Part shown: one piece after another, positions 60,542 through 64,000 of the stretch | Layout: every line of letters begins with the position of its first letter | Numbering within the stretch: position 1 is the first letter of the stretch | Source of the DNA: an uncultured Desulfospira sp. | GTDB taxonomy: Bacteria; Desulfobacterota; Desulfobacteria; Desulfobacterales; Desulfobacteraceae | Length of the DNA: 64,000 bases | Assembly (NCBI GenBank): GCA_963663165.1 | Contig: OY760175.1 | Location: forward strand, 512,001 to 576,000 | Direction of reading: 5' to 3' | Made by a program: the position numbers and the translations under genes | Notes under the pieces: model-generated | The model's input: only the letters and a program-made list of their open reading frames with translations | Told to the model about the DNA's origin: nothing | The model's database searches: none

Positions 60542-61461
60542 AACCCTATATATCTATTATCACAACATGTTATAACTGTGAATCTTATATTGAACAAACT
60601 CTTCAATCAATTCATTGCCAGAAAAAAGGTGATTACAAGCATATTGTTGTTGATGCCGTTTCTACAGATGGTACGCAAGATATTTTAAAACAATATAAAG
60701 ACAGGCTTGACCGCCTGATAATTGAACCGGACGATGGGATGTACTATGGTATCAACAGGGGATATCAATATGTCGATACAGAGGTCATGGCTTGGTTAAA
60801 CGCAGATGATGTATATTATCCATGGACCTTTTCGGTAGTTAAGGATATTTTCAAAGCCTTTCCCCAAGTGGACTGGATTATAGGGTTGCCATCCTATATC
60901 AACGAAAAAAGTCAGTGTATAAAAGTGGCGTCCAATGCAGGGACTGTATATCCTAAGAATTATATCAAAAATGGATGGTTTCAACCTTTATACGCTGGAC
61001 ACTTACAACAAGAGAGCATGTTCTGGCGAAAAACCCTCTGGGACAAGGTGGGTGGTTTAGATTTATCGTTAAAATATGCTGCCGATTTTGATCTCTGGAC
61101 TAGATTTGCACGATACACTGATTTGTACAGTGTATCAGTTCCTTTAGCAGGATTCAGAAAGCATGGTAAAGAGCAAACATCAATTGTAAATTCTATAAAG
61201 TATTATGAAGAAACAGTCAAAACATGCAGTAAGCTAAAAAAACCCCCAAAAATCTGGTCTTTTTTAAGTTCGAAAAGCAATATTTTAAGAATTTTTTTAA
61301 GGCTTATGATTTGGAAAACTGGAAAAATAATCACCTATTCAACTAATGAAAATAGATGGGGCCTTCGTAAGATGTACCGCCCGATTTCAAGATATTCTCT
61401 TAGTGAAGTCTTGATGGAAAGAGGGCTGAGAAGTCCCAAAACTACTTTCAAAAAAAAATGA
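60538..61461 (+). CDS. Glycosyltransferase family 2
   Basis: ISIITTCYN, VDAVSTDGT, EPDDGMY, WLNADD, AADFDLW. Confidence 0.9.
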   Translation: MKPYISIITTCYNCESYIEQTLQSIHCQKKGDYKHIVVDAVSTDGTQDILKQYKDRLDRLIIEPDDGMYYGINRGYQYVDTEVMAWLNADDVYYPWTFSVVKDIFKAFPQVDWIIGLPSYINEKSQCIKVASNAGTVYPKNYIKNGWFQPLYAGHLQQESMFWRKTLWDKVGGLDLSLKYAADFDLWTRFARYTDLYSVSVPLAGFRKHGKEQTSIVNSIKYYEETVKTCSKLKKPPKIWSFLSSKSNILRIFLRLMIWKTGKIITYSTNENRWGLRKMYRPISRYSLSEVLMERGLRSPKTTFKKK

Positions 61462-61566
61462 AAATCATATATTCCTATCACATATCCTTATCGCAAGAAT
61501 TGAAAATCAAAATTCAAAAAATGGTAAAAGAGCATTGAAAAATTTTGATTATTGGAAGGCTATAGT

Positions 61567-62526
61567 ATGAAAAATATTGAATTGCCACGTAATAAAAAAT
61601 TTGTTTTCACCATCATTGATGATGCCGATGACGGCACTTATTCAAATACAAAGCCGATTTATGATTTTCTATATGAAAAAGGGCTTAGAATTACCAAAAC
61701 AGTATGGGTGTATCCCCCAAGGGATGAAACTTCCAATGGAGACTGCCTCCAGAGTCCTGAATATCTTGATTTTATATTGAATCTGAAAGAAAAAGGATTT
61801 GAAATCGGCCTTCATAATGTGGGAAGTGGGACCTATTATAGGGAAGAAATTTTAAAAGGTCTGGAAGAGTACAAAAATTTACTTGGAGCGTATCCAAAGA
61901 TTCATATCAATCATTCTTATAACGTTGACAGTATTTACGGCGGGTATAAGCGATTCAGTTTTCCGTTCAACTGGGTAATAAAAAAATTCTATCCCCAATA
62001 CAGTAAGGCGTTTCAGGGAGAGATTCACGGGAGTCCTCATTTCTGGGGAAATGAGCATAAGCAGACTATCAAATTCAGCCGAAACTATGAGATTGATCAA
62101 TTAAATACTATAAAATTTAATCCCAAAATGCCCTATATTGATCCGGATAAAACCCGTTATGCCAACTACTGGTTTTCCGCTACTTTTGCTCCAAATCAGT
62201 GGCTTTTTAATCATCTTGTTACTAAAAAAGCCATAGACCGGCTGGAAAAAGAAAAAGGTATTTGTATATTGTTTACCCATCTTGGATATTATATGCAGCA
62301 AGGGAGAATTGATCCTGGTTTCATGGAAGCAATAAACTATATTTCTCAAAAGGACGGATGGTTTGTCCCAGTTTCTACAGTGCTGGACTTTCTATTGGAA
62401 ACCCGTTCTGCAGATTTGAAAATTACAAGGTTAGAGAAACTTAAGCTTGAGTTTTTACATCTGTTAACTCGTCTGAAATACAGAAGATTTATTAAATTGG
62501 ATGATTATGCATTCAAAAAATTATAA
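61567..62526 (+). CDS. Polysaccharide deacetylase-like protein
   Basis: FTIIDDADD, GFEIGLH, NH and THLG motifs of NodB/CE4-like folds. Confidence 0.6.
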   Translation: MKNIELPRNKKFVFTIIDDADDGTYSNTKPIYDFLYEKGLRITKTVWVYPPRDETSNGDCLQSPEYLDFILNLKEKGFEIGLHNVGSGTYYREEILKGLEEYKNLLGAYPKIHINHSYNVDSIYGGYKRFSFPFNWVIKKFYPQYSKAFQGEIHGSPHFWGNEHKQTIKFSRNYEIDQLNTIKFNPKMPYIDPDKTRYANYWFSATFAPNQWLFNHLVTKKAIDRLEKEKGICILFTHLGYYMQQGRIDPGFMEAINYISQKDGWFVPVSTVLDFLLETRSADLKITRLEKLKLEFLHLLTRLKYRRFIKLDDYAFKKL

Positions 62527-62558
62527 TTTTTTGTTTTTCCGTCACTATAGGAGTTGCA

Positions 62559-63314
62559 ATGCAGCATAGGTTTTACATTGATGATGTTTCATTCAGTTGT
62601 ACCTGTTTATCAGATGCCATAGGCCAGCTCAGCAGGAAAGTTGATAAGAAAGAAAAAGGGTATATTTGTGTTTCTAATGTTAGAGCAACCTATATCGCTA
62701 ACCATGATAAAGAATATGCCCGGGTATTGAATAATTCATTTTTAACATTGCCGGATGGCAAGCCTATTGAATGGTACGCACACATTCTGGGCCATAAAAA
62801 CGTAAAAAAATGTTCAGGCCAGGATTTTTTTTATAAGGTATGTGAATTGTCAGAGAAAAAAAATTATACACATTTTTTTTATGGCAGCACACCTGAGATA
62901 GTAAAGATGCTTGAGATTAATCTAAGAAAAAAATTCCCTTCATTAAAGATAGTTGGGGCTGTCTCTCCTCCCTATAAATCTGCCAAAGAGTTGGCAGATT
63001 CTGATATCATCGATTGCATAAACCAATGCCAACCTGATTTCGTATGGGTTGGGCTTGGGGCGCCAAAACAGGAGTTTTTCATCAATTTAATTAAAGATAA
63101 AATCGGATCTTCTGTTTTAATAGGTATTGGGCTGGTTTTTGACTATGAAGCCGGGAAGGTGATGCGTGCACCAAGATGGATGCAAAATAATGGGTTAGAA
63201 TGGGCATTTGTTTGGTCTCAGCAACCTCAAAAAATAAAAAGGTCCTATAAATATTTTCTATATTTTATTAAAAAATTGGTCTTAAGGATTTATGAACAAT
63301 ATAGAAAAAATTAA
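62559..63314 (+). CDS. WecB/TagA/CpsF glycosyltransferase (GT26)
   Basis: LPDGKPI, PDFVWVGLGAPKQE, RAPRWMQNNGLEW. Confidence 0.92.
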   Translation: MQHRFYIDDVSFSCTCLSDAIGQLSRKVDKKEKGYICVSNVRATYIANHDKEYARVLNNSFLTLPDGKPIEWYAHILGHKNVKKCSGQDFFYKVCELSEKKNYTHFFYGSTPEIVKMLEINLRKKFPSLKIVGAVSPPYKSAKELADSDIIDCINQCQPDFVWVGLGAPKQEFFINLIKDKIGSSVLIGIGLVFDYEAGKVMRAPRWMQNNGLEWAFVWSQQPQKIKRSYKYFLYFIKKLVLRIYEQYRKN

Positions 63315-63822
63315 AATTATATTTTCGTCAGTATTTTCTTTGGCTTTTATAAAGTCAATCATTGCATCGTTTTCTTATTTTCTTTTTGAACATGTTTATT
63401 GGCGGAAAAAAATTAATCAAAAAGGAAAATGTAGAATTCACCCTTCGGCTTCCATTCGAAATGCTAGAAATATCATAGTAGGTGCAAACTCTCATATAAA
63501 CATTAACTGTTTTATCTGGGCAGCTCCTGATTCAAAGATCATATTAGGTGATAACCTTTTGATGGGACCTTTGGTGCAATTGCACGCTTCAAATCATGGG
63601 AGTAAATTATCCGGAATCCCGATGACATTTCAGGAGAGCTTGGATGAAGACATTATAATAGGTAATGATGTATGGCTTGGTGCCGGAAGTATCATTACAG
63701 CAGGTGTTTCTATTGCAGACGGGATCATTGTTGCTGCCGGTTCCATTGTCACCAAATCATTTGATACACCTAACATTGTCATTGGAGGGATTCCGGCAAA
63801 ACAGATCGGTTCCCGAAAATAA
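63292..63822 (+). CDS. Hexapeptide-repeat O-acyltransferase
   Basis: IIIGNDVWLGAGSIITAGVSIADGIIVAAGSIVTK, GGIPAK. Confidence 0.9.
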   Translation: MNNIEKIKIIFSSVFSLAFIKSIIASFSYFLFEHVYWRKKINQKGKCRIHPSASIRNARNIIVGANSHININCFIWAAPDSKIILGDNLLMGPLVQLHASNHGSKLSGIPMTFQESLDEDIIIGNDVWLGAGSIITAGVSIADGIIVAAGSIVTKSFDTPNIVIGGIPAKQIGSRK

Positions 63823-63878
63823 ATTATAAGCACTGATGTTCAGGTATAAGATATAAACAATAATATGGATATTAGGAT

Positions 63879-64000
63879 ATGAAAAAAGTTGCGTTGATCG
63901 GAGTCGGTAAAATGGGACTTTCCCATTTGGCCATTGCCAATTCGACACCAGGCATTGAAGTTGTGGCTGTTTGCGATCTTTCTGCACCGTTGATGTATTT
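63879..64000 (+). CDS. Gfo/Idh/MocA oxidoreductase, N-terminus only
   Basis: MKKVALIGVGKMGLSHLAIANSTPGIEVVAVCD; runs off the window end. Confidence 0.75.
   Translation, partial: MKKVALIGVGKMGLSHLAIANSTPGIEVVAVCDLSAPLMY

Overview
Chromosomal window, probably from a Desulfobacteraceae-like deltaproteobacterium (inferred from gene content; not provable from this window alone). Layout: (1) 1-8.8 kb is housekeeping: an SH3 protein, a DAC-domain/His-rich/nagZ operon, tsaD, purM, hom, thrH and rfaE1. (2) tRNA-fMet is followed by a decayed ~3.7 kb integrative island with arm-type repeats, a TnpV-like ORF, a PEP-CTERM-like protein, a solitary integron attC site, a toxin plus three antitoxin-type genes and an integrase 3' remnant. 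(3) A secreted-type ATP-dependent DNA ligase and an S8 protease lie divergent from a type II secretion cluster (gspGHIJKLMNCDE); gspF is displaced and inverted behind a yidD-like/TPR pair bracketed by palindromic heptamer arrays. (4) From ~30 kb to the end is a surface-polysaccharide locus (gmd, fcl, rfbACDB, a UDP-sugar dehydrogenase, wecB, manC, wzx, wzy-like, two sulfotransferases, glycosyltransferases). It is split at 38.7-49.3 kb by a co-oriented array of six intact toxin-antitoxin pairs, an Rpn gene, many gene fragments, two MITEs and recurring intergenic repeats, and carries a nested IS insertion at 53.0-55.1 kb. The repeat-punctuated TA/Rpn array, which has no integrase in the window, is the best candidate for an undescribed system. 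Family assignments come from motif recognition without database searches.
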